DNA of 64,000 nucleotides from Bdellovibrio sp. (GCA_036677065.1 JAKFBS010000003.1:416001-480000); one strand, 5' to 3'; positions 23,189 to 34,838 are shown, numbered from the stretch's first letter. The notes: generated from the letters alone by a model not told the origin. Numbers and translations are program-made.

Positions 23189-23360
23189 ATGGGTAAAATG
23201 CTTGCCCTGCTTGACGTAGGTGGCCTTTGCAGGTTACAAATCTTGTTCTTCGACCAAAAATCGAACTTACGGGTATGGCCCGTTCAAATCCATAGCTAAC
23301 CAGAATTGCTATAAATATTCTGGAATGTATAAGGCTAGATACCTATTAAGAGGAGTAAAA

Positions 23361-23735
23361 GTGCCTACTATTAATCAGCTCATTAAAAAAGAGCGTACAG
23401 TTCAAAAGAACCAAACAAAATCGCCAGCTTTACAAGCTTGCCCTCAACGTCGTGGCGTTTGTACGCGCGTTTACACTACAACTCCAAAGAAGCCGAATTC
23501 AGCTTTACGTAAAGTAGCTAAAGTTCGTTTATCTAATGGTTTTGAAGTAATCTCTTACATCCCAGGTATCGGTCACAATCTACAAGAGCATAGCGTTGTT
23601 ATGATCCGTGGCGGTCGTGTTAAAGATCTACCAGGTGTTCGTTACCACATCGTTCGTGGAACACTAGATTTACAAGGCGTTAATGGTCGTTTACGTAGCC
23701 GTTCTAAATACGGTGCGAAAAAACCTAAGAAATAA
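23361..23735 (+). CDS. rpsL: 30S ribosomal protein S12
   Basis: GTG start after [31 protein letters not shown]. Confidence 0.99.
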   Translation: MPTINQLIKKERTVQKNQTKSPALQACPQRRGVCTRVYTTTPKKPNSALRKVAKVRLSNGFEVISYIPGIGHNLQEHSVVMIRGGRVKDLPGVRYHIVRGTLDLQGVNGRLRSRSKYGAKKPKK

Positions 23736-23760
23736 TTAAGAAATTTAGAGGAATAAACAT

Positions 23761-24234
23761 ATGTCTCGTAGAAGTCGTACATTTAAAAGAGAAATTATCC
23801 CAGATCCAGTTCACAAGGATTTAGTTATCGCTAAATTCATCAATAAAATCATGTTACGTGGTCAAAAATCGACTGCGCAAAAATTATTTTACGGAGCCCT
23901 AGATGAATTAAACGGTAAAGTTCAAGGTGAAGATTCATTAACAATCCTTAAAAAAGCGATTGAAAATGTTAAACCATCAATTGAAGTTCGTTCACGTCGC
24001 GTGGGCGGAGCTACTTACCAAGTTCCAGTTGATGTTCGTCCAACACGCCGTTTAGCTTTAGCTATGCGTTGGATGGTTGATTACTCACGTGCTCGTGGCG
24101 AAAAAGATTTTTCTAAGCGTTTAGCTGGTGAAATCTTAGATGCTTACAACAACCGTGGTAACAGCATCAAAAAACGTGAAGACGTACACAAAATGGCTGA
24201 GTCGAACAAAGCGTTCGCTCACTACAACTGGTAA
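23761..24234 (+). CDS. rpsG: 30S ribosomal protein S7
   Basis: [25 protein letters not shown]. Confidence 0.99.
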   Translation: MSRRSRTFKREIIPDPVHKDLVIAKFINKIMLRGQKSTAQKLFYGALDELNGKVQGEDSLTILKKAIENVKPSIEVRSRRVGGATYQVPVDVRPTRRLALAMRWMVDYSRARGEKDFSKRLAGEILDAYNNRGNSIKKREDVHKMAESNKAFAHYNW

Positions 24235-24261
24235 TCAATTACTAGTTAATTTAAAACTATT

Positions 24262-24292
24262 AAACCCGAAGAGAAATCTTCGGGTTTTTTTT
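24262..24292 (+). terminator. Intrinsic terminator between rpsG and fusA
   Basis: Perfect 11-bp stem AAACCCGAAGA-GAAA-TCTTCGGGTTT followed by further T residues. Confidence 0.85.
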
Positions 24293-24328
24293 GTCTTTTC
24301 GGCGAAATACGTTTAAGTTAGTCGCCAT

Positions 24329-26419
24329 ATGGTTGTTAAAACAGAAGCTGACTTAAAATTTACTCGCAATATCGGTATCATGGCTCACATTGATGCGGGA
24401 AAAACCACAACTACAGAGCGTATTCTATTTTACACTGGTAAAAGTCATAAAATCGGCGAAGTCCATGATGGCGCGGCCACCATGGATTGGATGCCACAAG
24501 AGCAAGAGCGCGGTATTACAATCACGTCTGCAGCGACCACTACTTCTTGGAAAAATCATCGCATTAATATTATCGATACTCCGGGACACGTTGATTTCAC
24601 TATTGAAGTTGAGCGTTCACTTCGCGTATTAGACGGCGCCATCGCTGTTTACGATGCGGTATCAGGTGTTGAGCCCCAGTCAGAAACTGTTTGGCGCCAA
24701 GCTAACAAACATAAAGTTCCAAGAATTTGTTTTGTAAATAAAATGGATCGCACCGGTTCAGATTTTGATATGTGTGTTCAATCAATAAAAGAAAAACTAG
24801 AAGCTAATCCTATTAAAGTGCAAATTCCCATTGGTTCTGAAGAAAATTTTGTGGGTATTTGCGATTTACTGACTTCGAAAGCTTACACATGGGCGCCCAA
24901 TAACCCTCATGATTTTCAAACTGTAGATATTCCTGCTAACATGAAGGAACTTTTTGAAACTGAGCGTGCCAGAACAATCGAACAAATTTGTGAACTTGAT
25001 GACGCTCTGGTTGAAAAATATTTAAATGGCGAAACTCCCTCTTTAGAAGAGCTAAAAGCAGCTCTTCGTCACGGTGTTATCACGCTAAAAGTTTTTCCTG
25101 TATTTTGCGGAGCTGCTTTTAAAAATAAAGGCATTCAGCAAATTCTAGATGGTGTTACAGATTATTTGCCGTCTCCCTTGGATCTTCCTCCGACAATTGG
25201 AATGAATCCGATCAAAGATAATATGACAGTTGAATGTCATGTTAAATTTGATGAACCCGCTGCAGCTTTAGCTTTCAAATTAGCGAATGATCCGTTTGCC
25301 GGCTCATTAACTTATATTCGTGTGTACTCTGGAACTTTAAAAGTGGGTGACCAAGTTTTAAATCCACGTACAGAAAAAAAAGAGCGCGTACAGAAAATCG
25401 TGAAGATGCATGCGAATGCGCGTGAAGAAGTGTCTGAAATCAAAGCCGGTGATATCGGTGCGATCATTGGATTAAAATTCACAACAACAGGCGATACTTT
25501 GTGCGATTCATCACGCCAAGTGGTGTTTGAATCTATCACTTTCCCAGAGCCAGTTATCTCGGTTGTTGTCGAAGCAAAATCTTCTGCAGAACAAGATAAA
25601 ATGATGGAAGGCCTTCAGCGTTTAGAGCGTGAAGATCCATCTTGCCGTTTACGTTCAGACCCCGAAACAGGGCAAATCCTACTTTCAGGCATGGGCGAAT
25701 TGCATGTTGATATCTTAGTGGACCGTTTGCTTCGTGAGTATAAAATTCAAGCCAACGTCGGTAAGCCACAAGTGGCGTACCGCGAGACTATCAACGGTGA
25801 ATCAAAAATTGATTACACTTTCGAGAGACTTCTTGGTGGTGAAGAAAAATTTGCAAAAATCAGCTTAAAAGTTGAAGCTATTAATCCTGCTGAAGGAATT
25901 AAGATTATTTCTTTAGTTCAGCCTTCAAAAGAAGTTCAGCCAAATTGGATCAAGGCTTGCGAGCAAGGTCTTAAAGAAGCTTGTGAGGTTGGTCCGATCG
26001 GCAGTTATGCTATGGTGGGTCTAAAGGTAACAATTACATCATTATCGGGCGACCCGCAAAAGACCGACGAAATCGTGTGTAAGGCAGCGAGCTCGTTGGC
26101 TTTCCGTGATTTGATCAAATCAGCTAATCAAGTTTTACTTGAACCGATGTTTAAGCTTGAAGTTAACTGTCCTGATGATTTTGTAGGCAGCGTGGTGAGC
26201 GATATTAACTCTAGACGCGGTAAAATCCATAATATGACTGCAAAACCGTCTGGTGGCCAAATGGTTTCGGCTGAAGTGCCGTTGGCAAACATGTTCGGGT
26301 ATTCGACTGATGTTCGTAGTTTGTCGCAAGGACGAGCATTTTTTAGCATGGAATTCCTAAATTACTCGCCGGTTCCGCCAAAAGTTAAGGCCGAAATCCT
26401 GACTCGCTTGGGGCGCTAG
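24329..26419 (+). CDS. fusA: Elongation factor G paralog with divergent domain IV (EF-G2-like)
   Basis: Intact G domain ([23 protein letters not shown]); lacks domain IV QSGGRGQY and SYHDVDSS loops. Confidence 0.9.
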   Translation: MVVKTEADLKFTRNIGIMAHIDAGKTTTTERILFYTGKSHKIGEVHDGAATMDWMPQEQERGITITSAATTTSWKNHRINIIDTPGHVDFTIEVERSLRVLDGAIAVYDAVSGVEPQSETVWRQANKHKVPRICFVNKMDRTGSDFDMCVQSIKEKLEANPIKVQIPIGSEENFVGICDLLTSKAYTWAPNNPHDFQTVDIPANMKELFETERARTIEQICELDDALVEKYLNGETPSLEELKAALRHGVITLKVFPVFCGAAFKNKGIQQILDGVTDYLPSPLDLPPTIGMNPIKDNMTVECHVKFDEPAAALAFKLANDPFAGSLTYIRVYSGTLKVGDQVLNPRTEKKERVQKIVKMHANAREEVSEIKAGDIGAIIGLKFTTTGDTLCDSSRQVVFESITFPEPVISVVVEAKSSAEQDKMMEGLQRLEREDPSCRLRSDPETGQILLSGMGELHVDILVDRLLREYKIQANVGKPQVAYRETINGESKIDYTFERLLGGEEKFAKISLKVEAINPAEGIKIISLVQPSKEVQPNWIKACEQGLKEACEVGPIGSYAMVGLKVTITSLSGDPQKTDEIVCKAASSLAFRDLIKSANQVLLEPMFKLEVNCPDDFVGSVVSDINSRRGKIHNMTAKPSGGQMVSAEVPLANMFGYSTDVRSLSQGRAFFSMEFLNYSPVPPKVKAEILTRLGR

Positions 26420-26430
26420 ACCTCCAAAAG

Positions 26431-26482
<52 letters not shown>

Positions 26483-26643
26483 GAAACTCCCTCTGAAAAA
26501 AAGAATTTTTTCCCATTGACTCTAAATGTCGTTTATAAGATATTTTCGCTTCTGGTTTATTTTTAGCTACGGAAACCACCGCGATATTCGGGCTTATCTA
26601 GCTCAAGTGGAGAATGGTTTTGACGGGCAAAAGAGGTAAAAAA

Positions 26644-26961
26644 ATGCAAAGTCAAAAGATAAGAATTAGGCTTAAGGCCTTTGATCATAAATTACTTGAT
26701 CAATCGACAAAAGAAATCGTGGACACTGCTCGTCGCACAGGAGCTAAGGTTGCGGGACCAATCCCTCTTCCTACTCGTATTAACAGATTTACTGTTTTAC
26801 GTTCTCCGCACGTTGATAAAAAATCACGTGAGCAATTCGAAGTAAGAACACACAAAAGAATGTTAGACATTCTTGAACCAACTCAACAAACGATCGATCA
26901 ATTAATGAAATTAGATCTATCTGCTGGCGTTGACGTTGAAATTAAGCTTTCAGCTGAATAA
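26644..26961 (+). CDS. rpsJ: 30S ribosomal protein S10
   Basis: [33 protein letters not shown] 26644 after AGAGG. Confidence 0.99.
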   Translation: MQSQKIRIRLKAFDHKLLDQSTKEIVDTARRTGAKVAGPIPLPTRINRFTVLRSPHVDKKSREQFEVRTHKRMLDILEPTQQTIDQLMKLDLSAGVDVEIKLSAE

Positions 26962-26978
26962 AAGAAGGGAGAATTACT

Positions 26979-27641
26979 ATGAGTGAAAATCAAGAAACAA
27001 ATTCTTCTGGCCTAAAATTAAACGGCATCTATGCGTTTAAAGAAGGTATGGCAACAATTTACAATGATAAAGGTGAAGCAGTACCAGTTACAGTTTTACG
27101 TTATGAAACTTGGAAAGTGTCGCAAATCAAAACTAACGAAAAAGACGGCTACACAGCTGTTCAAATCGCATCAGTTCCTAAAAAAGCTAAAAATTCTTCT
27201 AAAGCAGAAATTGGACACTTAAAAGGTTCAGGCTTTGAAACTGCTGCTCGTTTTATTAAAGAAATCCGTCAAGACTTACCAGCTGATGTTAAGTTAGGTG
27301 ACGCAATCTCTATCGATAGCTTAGTGAAAGGTGAATTAGTAAAAATCACTTCTCGCTCTAAAGGTAAAGGTTTCCAAGGTTCTGTAAGACGTTGGAGTTT
27401 CGCGGGTGGTCCTGCTACTCACGGATCTAAATTCCACAGAAGACCAGGTTCTTCTGGTAACAGAACATGGCCAGGCCGTGTTATGCCAGGTAAGAAATTC
27501 CCAGGTCACTTAGGTGACGAAAATGTAACAGTTCGTAACGTTGAAATCGTAGAGATCAACGCTGCTGACGGAGTAGTTCTTGTTAAAGGACCAGTTCCAG
27601 GACACAAAAACTCTCTTGTTAGACTGGTTAAGGAGCAATAG
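26979..27641 (+). CDS. rplC: 50S ribosomal protein L3
   Basis: DGYTAVQ, SKGKGFQG, HGSKFHRRPGS, VKGPVPG. Confidence 0.98.
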   Translation: MSENQETNSSGLKLNGIYAFKEGMATIYNDKGEAVPVTVLRYETWKVSQIKTNEKDGYTAVQIASVPKKAKNSSKAEIGHLKGSGFETAARFIKEIRQDLPADVKLGDAISIDSLVKGELVKITSRSKGKGFQGSVRRWSFAGGPATHGSKFHRRPGSSGNRTWPGRVMPGKKFPGHLGDENVTVRNVEIVEINAADGVVLVKGPVPGHKNSLVRLVKEQ

Positions 27642-27643
27642 TC

Positions 27644-28267
27644 ATGGCTACAATCAATGTACTTAATTGGAAAAAAGAAAAAGTTGGATCACTTGATTTA
27701 CAAGCGGACACTTTTGAAGTTGAAGTAAAAAAAGACGTATTACACACAGTTGTAAGATGGCAATTAGCTTGTCGTCGTCAAGGCACTCACATGACTAAAA
27801 CAAAAGGTTTAGTGAGCGGTGGTGGTAAAAAGCCATTCAAGCAAAAAGGTACTGGTAACGCCCGTCAAGGTTCTACTCGTTCTCCTTTAATGCCAGGCGG
27901 TGGTACTATGTTCGGTCCACAACCACGTTCATACGGTTATGTGTTACCTAAGAAAATGAGAAAATCAGCTCTTAAAATGGCTTTATCTCATTTATTCAAA
28001 GAAGGAAAACTTACAGTAGTTGATTCAATGAATTCTGAAGGTAAAACAAATGAACTAGGCAAACGTTTACAAACGTTTGGAGTTAAAAAAGCAGTTTTAA
28101 TCGATAATTCTTCGAATGAAAACTTCAGCCGTGCAGCTCGTAACTTAGTTGATTATAAATACTCTGGTGTTGAAGGCTTAAACGTTTTTGACTTATTAAA
28201 ATACGACTACGCAGTTATCACTAAAGATTCGGTAGCTAAAATCATCGAAAGATGTTCTGCGGAATAA
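27644..28267 (+). CDS. rplD: 50S ribosomal protein L4
   Basis: RQGTH, GGGKKPFKQKGTGNARQGS. Confidence 0.98.
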   Translation: MATINVLNWKKEKVGSLDLQADTFEVEVKKDVLHTVVRWQLACRRQGTHMTKTKGLVSGGGKKPFKQKGTGNARQGSTRSPLMPGGGTMFGPQPRSYGYVLPKKMRKSALKMALSHLFKEGKLTVVDSMNSEGKTNELGKRLQTFGVKKAVLIDNSSNENFSRAARNLVDYKYSGVEGLNVFDLLKYDYAVITKDSVAKIIERCSAE

Positions 28268-28278
28268 TCGGGGAAAAT

Positions 28279-28557
28279 ATGAAACAACACTTAAAATCTC
28301 CACTAATCACAGAAAAAAATACAGTTTTAGCAGAAGCTGGAACGTATGTATTTAAAGTTGAGTTATCTTCTTCTAAAGACCAAATCAAAAAAGAAGTTGA
28401 AACTAACTTTAATGTAAAAGTTCAAAAAATCCGTACCGCAGTTTGCAGAGACGATATGCGCTATTCTAAATTCGGTCTTACAGTACCGAAAAAATGGAAA
28501 AAAGCTTTTGTTCAGTTAGCTCCGGGCCAAAAAATTTCATTATTTGAGGGAGCATAA
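28279..28557 (+). CDS. rplW: 50S ribosomal protein L23
   Basis: [19 protein letters not shown]; start at ATG 28279. Confidence 0.95.
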   Translation: MKQHLKSPLITEKNTVLAEAGTYVFKVELSSSKDQIKKEVETNFNVKVQKIRTAVCRDDMRYSKFGLTVPKKWKKAFVQLAPGQKISLFEGA

Positions 28558-28559
28558 TC

Positions 28560-29378
28560 ATGGGTTTAAAAGTATTTGGATCTAGATCACATGCAAGCCG
28601 CGGAATAGTTGGATTCGATTTCAAAGAAATCACTAAAACTAAACCGGAAAAAGCATTAACAGTTTCACTTAAAAAAGTATCTGCGCGTAACAATACGGGC
28701 ATGATCACTGTTCGTCACCAAGGTGGCGCACATAAGCGTAAATACCGTTTGGTTGATTTCAAACGTAATAAATTAGAAGTACCAGCAAAAGTTGCTGCGA
28801 TCGAGTATGATCCAAACAGAACTTGCCGTATTGCTCTTTTACACTACGCTGATGGGCACAAAGCTTACATTTTAGCTCCAGTGGGCTTAAATGTTGGTGA
28901 TACTGTGACTTCAAGCGATAAAGCCGATATCAAACCAGGAAATTGCTTAACAATTTCTACAATCCCAGTTGGTACGATCATTCATAATATTGAAATGCGT
29001 CCAGGCAAGGGTGGCCAAATTTGTCGTGGCGCTGGCGCCTCTGCAACTTTAGCTGGTAAAGGCGAAAAATATTGCCAAGTACGTTTACCGTCTGGCGAGT
29101 TAAAGCAAATCTTATCAACTTGTAAGGCTTCAATCGGTCAAGTTGGTAACACTGATAACGAAAACACTAAACTTGGTAAAGCAGGCCGCTCTCGTTGGAG
29201 AGGTATCAGGCCTTCTGTACGCGGTATGCACATGAATCCAGTTGACCATCCATTGGGCGGTGGTGAAGGCGTTGGTAAGGGTCATCACCCTGTAACACCT
29301 TGGGGCCAGCCTTGTAAAGGTTACAAGACTCGTCATAACAAACGTACTGATTCATCAATCATTAAGCGTCGTAAGTAG
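28560..29378 (+). CDS. rplB: 50S ribosomal protein L2
   Basis: [28 protein letters not shown]. Confidence 0.99.
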   Translation: MGLKVFGSRSHASRGIVGFDFKEITKTKPEKALTVSLKKVSARNNTGMITVRHQGGAHKRKYRLVDFKRNKLEVPAKVAAIEYDPNRTCRIALLHYADGHKAYILAPVGLNVGDTVTSSDKADIKPGNCLTISTIPVGTIIHNIEMRPGKGGQICRGAGASATLAGKGEKYCQVRLPSGELKQILSTCKASIGQVGNTDNENTKLGKAGRSRWRGIRPSVRGMHMNPVDHPLGGGEGVGKGHHPVTPWGQPCKGYKTRHNKRTDSSIIKRRK

Positions 29379-29386
29379 GAGGATGC

Positions 29387-29677
29387 ATGGCACGTTCAAT
29401 TAAAAAAGGTCCTTTTATCGATATTCACTTAGCTAAAAAAGCTGAGACGGCTATCCAAAAGAACGACAAAAAAGTAATTAAAACATGGTCAAGACGTTCT
29501 ACGATCTTCCCAGAGTATGTAGGATTGACTTTTGCTGTACATAACGGCAGAAAGTTTGTTCCAGTATACGTTTCTGAGAACATGATTGGTCATAAACTTG
29601 GCGAATTCGCGCCAACTAGAACTTTTGCTGGTCACGCTGAGAAAAAAGCAGCAGCTCCAGCAGTGGCGAAGAAGTAG
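29387..29677 (+). CDS. rpsS: 30S ribosomal protein S19
   Basis: [26 protein letters not shown]. Confidence 0.99.
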   Translation: MARSIKKGPFIDIHLAKKAETAIQKNDKKVIKTWSRRSTIFPEYVGLTFAVHNGRKFVPVYVSENMIGHKLGEFAPTRTFAGHAEKKAAAPAVAKK

Positions 29678-29685
29678 GATAGAAT

Positions 29686-30018
29686 ATGGAAGCTAAAGCA
29701 TCTTTAAAATATGCAAGAGTTGGAGCCCAAAAGGCTCGCTTAGTTGCTGACACCGTTCGCGGTAAATCAGTTGACGAAGCTCTTAAGATTTTGACCGTTA
29801 TGAACAAAAAAACTGCTGGGTTAATTAAGAAATTAATCGAATCAGCAGTAGCGAACGCGGATTACAAAAAAACTATGGCTGTAGACAAGTTAATCGTTAA
29901 AAAATTAACTGTAGACGGTGGCCCGGTTTTAAAACGTTTCCGCCCAAGAGCGCAAGGTCGTGCTTTTGGAGTTCGTAAAAAACTAAGTCACATTGACGTT
30001 GTATTGGGAGAGAAATAG
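29686..30018 (+). CDS. rplV: 50S ribosomal protein L22
   Basis: [24 protein letters not shown]. Confidence 0.98.
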   Translation: MEAKASLKYARVGAQKARLVADTVRGKSVDEALKILTVMNKKTAGLIKKLIESAVANADYKKTMAVDKLIVKKLTVDGGPVLKRFRPRAQGRAFGVRKKLSHIDVVLGEK

Positions 30019-30020
30019 TA

Positions 30021-30686
30021 ATGGGACAAAAGGTTCATCCAATTGGTTTTAGAGTTGGTGTTATTAGATCTTGGGATTCAAGATGGTATGCAAAAGGCAA
30101 TACTTACTATGACAATCTTCACGAAGACATTAAATTAAGAAAATACTTAAAAGGTAAATTAAAACACGCAGGCGTTGCTAAAATCGAAATCGAGCGCGCG
30201 GCTAATAAAGTTAAACTTATTATCCACACTGCTCGCCCTGGTGTTGTAATTGGTAAAAAAGGTACTGGTATTGATACTTTGAAAGCTGACGTTCAAAAGT
30301 TAACTAAGAACGAAGTTTTCTTAAGCATTCAAGAAGTACGTAAACCAGATACAGAAGCTCAATTAGTTGCGGAATCAATCGCAATGCAATTAGAGAAACG
30401 TATCTCTTGGAGACGTGCTCTTAAAAAATCTATCGCAGCAGCTATCAAAGGCGGCGTGCGTGGTATCAAAATCCGTGTTTCTGGTCGTTTAGATGGAGCA
30501 GAGATTGCTCGTTCTGAATGGTACAACGAAAAGTCAGTTCCACTTCACACATTACGTGCTGATATTGATTACGGAACTGCAGAAGCATTAACTGCATATG
30601 GAATTATTGGTATGAAAGTATGGATCTACAAAGGTGACATTCTTTCTGCAAAAGAGCATTCGGAGGTAAATCGTGCTAAGTCCTAA
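30021..30686 (+). CDS. rpsC: 30S ribosomal protein S3
   Basis: [35 protein letters not shown]. Confidence 0.99.
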   Translation: MGQKVHPIGFRVGVIRSWDSRWYAKGNTYYDNLHEDIKLRKYLKGKLKHAGVAKIEIERAANKVKLIIHTARPGVVIGKKGTGIDTLKADVQKLTKNEVFLSIQEVRKPDTEAQLVAESIAMQLEKRISWRRALKKSIAAAIKGGVRGIKIRVSGRLDGAEIARSEWYNEKSVPLHTLRADIDYGTAEALTAYGIIGMKVWIYKGDILSAKEHSEVNRAKS

Positions 30687-31080
30687 ACGTGTAAAATGGA
30701 GAAAGCAATTCATTGGTCGTTCTAGAGGTTTAGCGACTCGTGGATCAACTCTTGATTTCGGTGATTTTGGTTTACAAGCTACTGAACATGGTATGTTAAC
30801 AGCTCGTCAATTAGAAGCTGGTCGTATCGCTATCAATCGTACTATCAAACGTGGTGGTAAAGTTTGGTGCCGTGTATTCCCAGATCTTCCTGTAACAAAA
30901 AAACCTGCTGAAACTCGTATGGGTAGCGGTAAAGGTAATCCGGAATTTTGGGTTTCTAAAGTTCTTCCTGGTCGCATCCTATTCGAAATGAATGGTGTTA
31001 CTAAGGAACAAGCTAAAGAGGCATTCTTAAGAGCGTCTCATAAGCTTCCGTTTAAAACTAAATTTTTAGAGAGAACGTAG
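30673..31080 (+). CDS. rplP: 50S ribosomal protein L16
   Basis: [25 protein letters not shown] start. Confidence 0.98.
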   Translation: MLSPKRVKWRKQFIGRSRGLATRGSTLDFGDFGLQATEHGMLTARQLEAGRIAINRTIKRGGKVWCRVFPDLPVTKKPAETRMGSGKGNPEFWVSKVLPGRILFEMNGVTKEQAKEAFLRASHKLPFKTKFLERT

Positions 31081-31082
31081 TT

Positions 31083-31274
31083 ATGAAATTCGTAGATATC
31101 GAAAACAAATCGTTAAAAGAATTAATCAAACAAAAACAAGACTTAACGTCTCAATTGTTTGAAATGAAAATGAAGAACTCTCTTGGTCAATTGGCTAATC
31201 CAGTTCAAATCAGAGTAGTAAGAAAAGACATTGCTAAGATTAACACAGCAATCGTTAAGAAAAGCGTAAGGTAG
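31083..31274 (+). CDS. rpmC: 50S ribosomal protein L29
   Basis: GQLANP.QIR..RKDIAKINT; position. Confidence 0.95.
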   Translation: MKFVDIENKSLKELIKQKQDLTSQLFEMKMKNSLGQLANPVQIRVVRKDIAKINTAIVKKSVR

Positions 31275-31281
31275 GTAAAAA

Positions 31282-31584
31282 ATGGCTGCTAAGGCAACAA
31301 CGAGCGGAAAACAACCGGATAAAACTGTTAGTACTCGAGGCCGTAGAGTTGAGTTACAAGGTGAAGTGATCGCGAACAAAATGGATAAAACAATATCGGT
31401 ATTGGTTTATCGTATGGTTCGCCACGCAAAATACGGAAAATACATCCGTAAATCTTCTGTAATCAAAGCTCACGACGAGAAAAAACAATGTAAAGTCGGT
31501 GACACTGTTACAATTCATGAAACTAAACCAATCAGCAAATCAAAACGCTGGGCACTTACTGAAGTGTTAAACACGACGAAGTAG
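31282..31584 (+). CDS. rpsQ: 30S ribosomal protein S17 with N-terminal extension
   Basis: KMDKTI, HAKYGK, AHDE, KPISKSKRW. Confidence 0.97.
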   Translation: MAAKATTSGKQPDKTVSTRGRRVELQGEVIANKMDKTISVLVYRMVRHAKYGKYIRKSSVIKAHDEKKQCKVGDTVTIHETKPISKSKRWALTEVLNTTK

Positions 31585-31596
31585 GGGAGTAGTTTT

Positions 31597-31965
31597 ATGA
31601 TTCAAATGCAAACTAAATTAAACGTAGCTGATAACTCTGGTGCAAAAGAAGTAATGTGTATCAAAGTTTTAGGCGGTTCAAAAAGACGTTTTGCTCACAT
31701 TGGCGACGTAATTGTTGTTTCAATCCGTGAAGCAATCCCAACTGCAAAAGTTAAGAAAGGTGACGTTGCGAAAGCCGTTATCGTTCGTACAATTCATAAA
31801 TTAAGAAGACCTGATGGAAGCTATATCCGTTTTGATGATAACTCTGCAGTTTTAATCAATGCGAATAAAGAACCAATCGGAACTCGTATTTTTGGTCCAG
31901 TAGCGAGAGAGTTAAGATCGAAACAATTCGTAAAAATCGTTTCACTTGCTCCAGAAGTATTATAG
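31597..31965 (+). CDS. rplN: 50S ribosomal protein L14
   Basis: [34 protein letters not shown]. Confidence 0.99.
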   Translation: MIQMQTKLNVADNSGAKEVMCIKVLGGSKRRFAHIGDVIVVSIREAIPTAKVKKGDVAKAVIVRTIHKLRRPDGSYIRFDDNSAVLINANKEPIGTRIFGPVARELRSKQFVKIVSLAPEVL

Positions 31966-31978
31966 GTAGAGGTTGAAG

Positions 31979-32518
31979 ATGAATCGTTTAAAAGAACAAT
32001 ACACAAAAGAAATCGTCCCTCACTTAGTAAAAAAACAAGGTTACACTAGCGCTATGCAAGTGCCTCGTTTAGAAAAAATCGTTATCAGCGTTTGTACGTC
32101 TGATGCGGTTCAAAATCCTAAAATCGTAAACGGTATCGTTGAAGAAATCTCTTCAATTGCTGGTCAAAAAGCAGTTGTAACTAAAGCTAAGAAAGCAATT
32201 TCTAACTTTAAATTACGTGAAGGTATCCCTATTGGCGTGCGCGTAACATTACGCCGCGAAAAAATGTGGTCTTTTTTAGATCGTTTACAAACTTTAGCGT
32301 TACCTCGCGTACGTGACTTCCGTGGTTTGCCAAACAAAGGCTTTGATGGCCGTGGTAACTACAATATGGGTTTGAAAGAACAAATCGTATTCCCGGAAAT
32401 CAATTTTGATAAAATTGAAAAAACACGTGGTATGAATATCACTATTTGTACAACAGCTGGAACAGACAACGATGGCCGCGCATTATTGGAAGCTTTAGGC
32501 TTACCTTTCAGAAAGTAA
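31979..32518 (+). CDS. rplE: 50S ribosomal protein L5
   Basis: [28 protein letters not shown] 31979. Confidence 0.98.
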   Translation: MNRLKEQYTKEIVPHLVKKQGYTSAMQVPRLEKIVISVCTSDAVQNPKIVNGIVEEISSIAGQKAVVTKAKKAISNFKLREGIPIGVRVTLRREKMWSFLDRLQTLALPRVRDFRGLPNKGFDGRGNYNMGLKEQIVFPEINFDKIEKTRGMNITICTTAGTDNDGRALLEALGLPFRK

Positions 32519-32531
32519 TTGAAGGATTAAT

Positions 32532-32837
32532 ATGGCAAGAAAATCAAGTGTTGTAAAAAACAATAAAAGAAAAGCGATCTCTAGCAAGTACCGCGCTTAC
32601 CGTAAAGAATTACGTGAAAAAGCTGTGGACATGAAACTTTCTGACGAAACTAGAGACGAAGCTCGTAAGAAATTACAAGCTTTACCTAAAAATACTAATC
32701 CAAACCGCGTAATCACTCGTTGTGAATTAACTGGTCGCCCTCGTGGTAACTACCGTAAATTCGGTTTATGCAGAATGGTTTTCAGACAACTAGCTTTAGA
32801 AGGTAAACTTCCAGGCGTAACGAAAGCTAGCTGGTAG
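32532..32837 (+). CDS. rpsN: 30S ribosomal protein S14, long (101 aa) form without the full CxxC Zn motif
   Basis: [26 protein letters not shown]. Confidence 0.97.
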   Translation: MARKSSVVKNNKRKAISSKYRAYRKELREKAVDMKLSDETRDEARKKLQALPKNTNPNRVITRCELTGRPRGNYRKFGLCRMVFRQLALEGKLPGVTKASW

Positions 32838-32845
32838 GAGTCACT

Positions 32846-33235
32846 ATGGATACAGTCGCACAAATGTTAACAATTATTAGAAATGGTTCTTCGGCAAAAC
32901 TTGAAAAAGTTGATATGCCTTCTTCTAAAATGAGAGAGAACTTAGCAAAAATTCTAGCAGATACTGGTTACATCAGAAGCTTCAAAGTAGCTAAAGATTC
33001 TAAACAAGGTATCATGCGTATTTACTTAAAATATGACGATGCAGGAACTCCAGCAATGACAGCTATCCAAAAAGTTAGCCGTCCTGGGAAACGTTCTTAT
33101 GTTCACGCAACTGATGTTCCGAACGTACGTTCTGGATACGGTATGTGCATCCTAAGTACAAACAAAGGTTTACTAACTGGTACAGACGCTAAAAAACAAA
33201 ATGTTGGCGGCGAAGTACTAGCAGTAGTGTGGTAG
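32846..33235 (+). CDS. rpsH: 30S ribosomal protein S8
   Basis: MLT.IRN, VSRPG, ILSTNKG, GGEVL. Confidence 0.97.
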   Translation: MDTVAQMLTIIRNGSSAKLEKVDMPSSKMRENLAKILADTGYIRSFKVAKDSKQGIMRIYLKYDDAGTPAMTAIQKVSRPGKRSYVHATDVPNVRSGYGMCILSTNKGLLTGTDAKKQNVGGEVLAVVW

Positions 33236-33242
33236 GTAGAAG

Positions 33243-33782
33243 ATGTCGAGAATTGGTAAATATCCAGTAAATATCGATGACAAAGCAACAGTAACTGTTG
33301 CTGGTCAAAACGTAACTGTTAAGGGTGCGAAATCATCTTTATCTTACAGCTTAAGAAAAAACATCACTGCTAAAGTTGATGGTAAAACAGTTGTATTAAC
33401 TCGTGCTGACGATTCAAAAGAATCTAAGTCATTACACGGCTTATACAAAGTTCTAATCTCTAATGCTGTTAAAGGTGTAACTGCAGGTTTCACTAAAGCG
33501 CTTGAAATGCACGGCGTAGGTTACCGCGGTACTGTAAATGGTAAAAAATTAGAATTAGCTTTAGGTTTTTCACACCCTGTGATTTTTGATATCCCAGAAG
33601 GTATCGAAATCAAAGTTGATAAACAAACAACTGTAAGCGTGACTGGTGCTGACAAAGCCCTTGTTGGTCAAGTTGCAGCTAAAATCAGATCTTTCCGTCC
33701 GCCAGAGCCTTATTTAGGTAAAGGTGTTCGTTATGTTGGTGAACATATCAGACGTAAAGCCGGCAAATCAGCTGGTAAATAG
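33243..33782 (+). CDS. rplF: 50S ribosomal protein L6
   Basis: [27 protein letters not shown]. Confidence 0.98.
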   Translation: MSRIGKYPVNIDDKATVTVAGQNVTVKGAKSSLSYSLRKNITAKVDGKTVVLTRADDSKESKSLHGLYKVLISNAVKGVTAGFTKALEMHGVGYRGTVNGKKLELALGFSHPVIFDIPEGIEIKVDKQTTVSVTGADKALVGQVAAKIRSFRPPEPYLGKGVRYVGEHIRRKAGKSAGK

Positions 33783-33790
33783 AGGATAAT

Positions 33791-34159
33791 ATGAAATTAA
33801 ATTTTTCTAAAAAAACAGCTTCAAAAGTAGTAAATCGTTTGAAGAAAAAAATCAGAATCAGAAAAGTTGTTAGTGGAACATCTGAAAGACCACGTTTATG
33901 TGTATTCCGTTCTGGAGCACACATCTACGCGCAAATCATTAACGATGTCGCACAAACAACTTTATTGTCAGTATCCTCTTTATCTGCCGAATTAAAAAAC
34001 GGTAACAAAGAAGCTGCTAAAACTGTTGGTAAACAAATCGCTGAACAAGCTAAGAAAAAAGGAATCACTACTGTTGTATTCGACAGAAATGGTTTCGTTT
34101 ATCATGGCCGTGTACAAGCCTTAGCAGACGGAGCCCGCGAGGGCGGCCTTAACTTTTAA
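33791..34159 (+). CDS. rplR: 50S ribosomal protein L18
   Basis: [22 protein letters not shown]. Confidence 0.98.
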   Translation: MKLNFSKKTASKVVNRLKKKIRIRKVVSGTSERPRLCVFRSGAHIYAQIINDVAQTTLLSVSSLSAELKNGNKEAAKTVGKQIAEQAKKKGITTVVFDRNGFVYHGRVQALADGAREGGLNF

Positions 34160-34170
34160 TAGGGGATCAT

Positions 34171-34626
34171 GTGGATAAAGCATTAGTAAACGAATTAGAA
34201 GAAAAAGTAGTTGCTATCAACCGCGTAACTAAAGTTGTTAAGGGTGGTCGTAGATTCTCTTTCGCAGCATTAGTAGTAGTGGGTGATAGATTAGGTCAAG
34301 TTGGTTTCGGTAGCGGTAAAGCAGGCGAAGTACCTGAAGCTATTGGTAAAGCAACTCGCTCTGCTAAAAAACAATGCAGCGATGTAAATTTAAAAGATGG
34401 TACGATCCCTCATGAAGTGATCGGTAAATTCGGATCAGCTAAAGTGATCATGAAACCAGCAGCAGCAGGTACTGGCGTTATCGCTGGTGGTGCGGTTCGT
34501 GCGGTTCTTGAATCAGTTGGCGTTAAAGATATTTTAACTAAATGTGTTGGTACTCGTAACCCTCACAATGCGGTTAGAGCAACTTTAGACGGTCTTAAAC
34601 AGCTTAAAAAAGCTGCGCAAGCGTAA
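34171..34626 (+). CDS. rpsE: 30S ribosomal protein S5
   Basis: [24 protein letters not shown]. Confidence 0.98.
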   Translation: MDKALVNELEEKVVAINRVTKVVKGGRRFSFAALVVVGDRLGQVGFGSGKAGEVPEAIGKATRSAKKQCSDVNLKDGTIPHEVIGKFGSAKVIMKPAAAGTGVIAGGAVRAVLESVGVKDILTKCVGTRNPHNAVRATLDGLKQLKKAAQA

Positions 34627-34638
34627 TAGGAGTCTGTC

Positions 34639-34824
34639 ATGGCTAAAAAGTTTTTAGTAACATTAAAAAAATCAACAATTGCTTGCTCTGAAACTCAAAG
34701 AAAGACTGTAAATGGTCTTGGTTTAAGAAAAATCAATTCAACTGTAGAGTTAGCTGATAATGCAGCTAACCGTGGCCAACTTTTTAAAGTTCAACACATG
34801 GTTGAAATTAAAGTTATCAAATAA
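34639..34824 (+). CDS. rpmD: 50S ribosomal protein L30
   Basis: VTLKKS...LGLRKIN...KVQHMV; position. Confidence 0.93.
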   Translation: MAKKFLVTLKKSTIACSETQRKTVNGLGLRKINSTVELADNAANRGQLFKVQHMVEIKVIK

Positions 34825-34838
34825 GTTAAGAGGAAGTT

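Noticed and set aside
23220..23360. 47-aa N-terminal extension of S12 in the ORF track (similar extensions for secE, rplK, rpsJ, rplW, rplE, tlpA and oxidoreductase beta)
   Set aside because: Artefact of choosing the most upstream start; the conserved N-terminus and SD point to the downstream codon.
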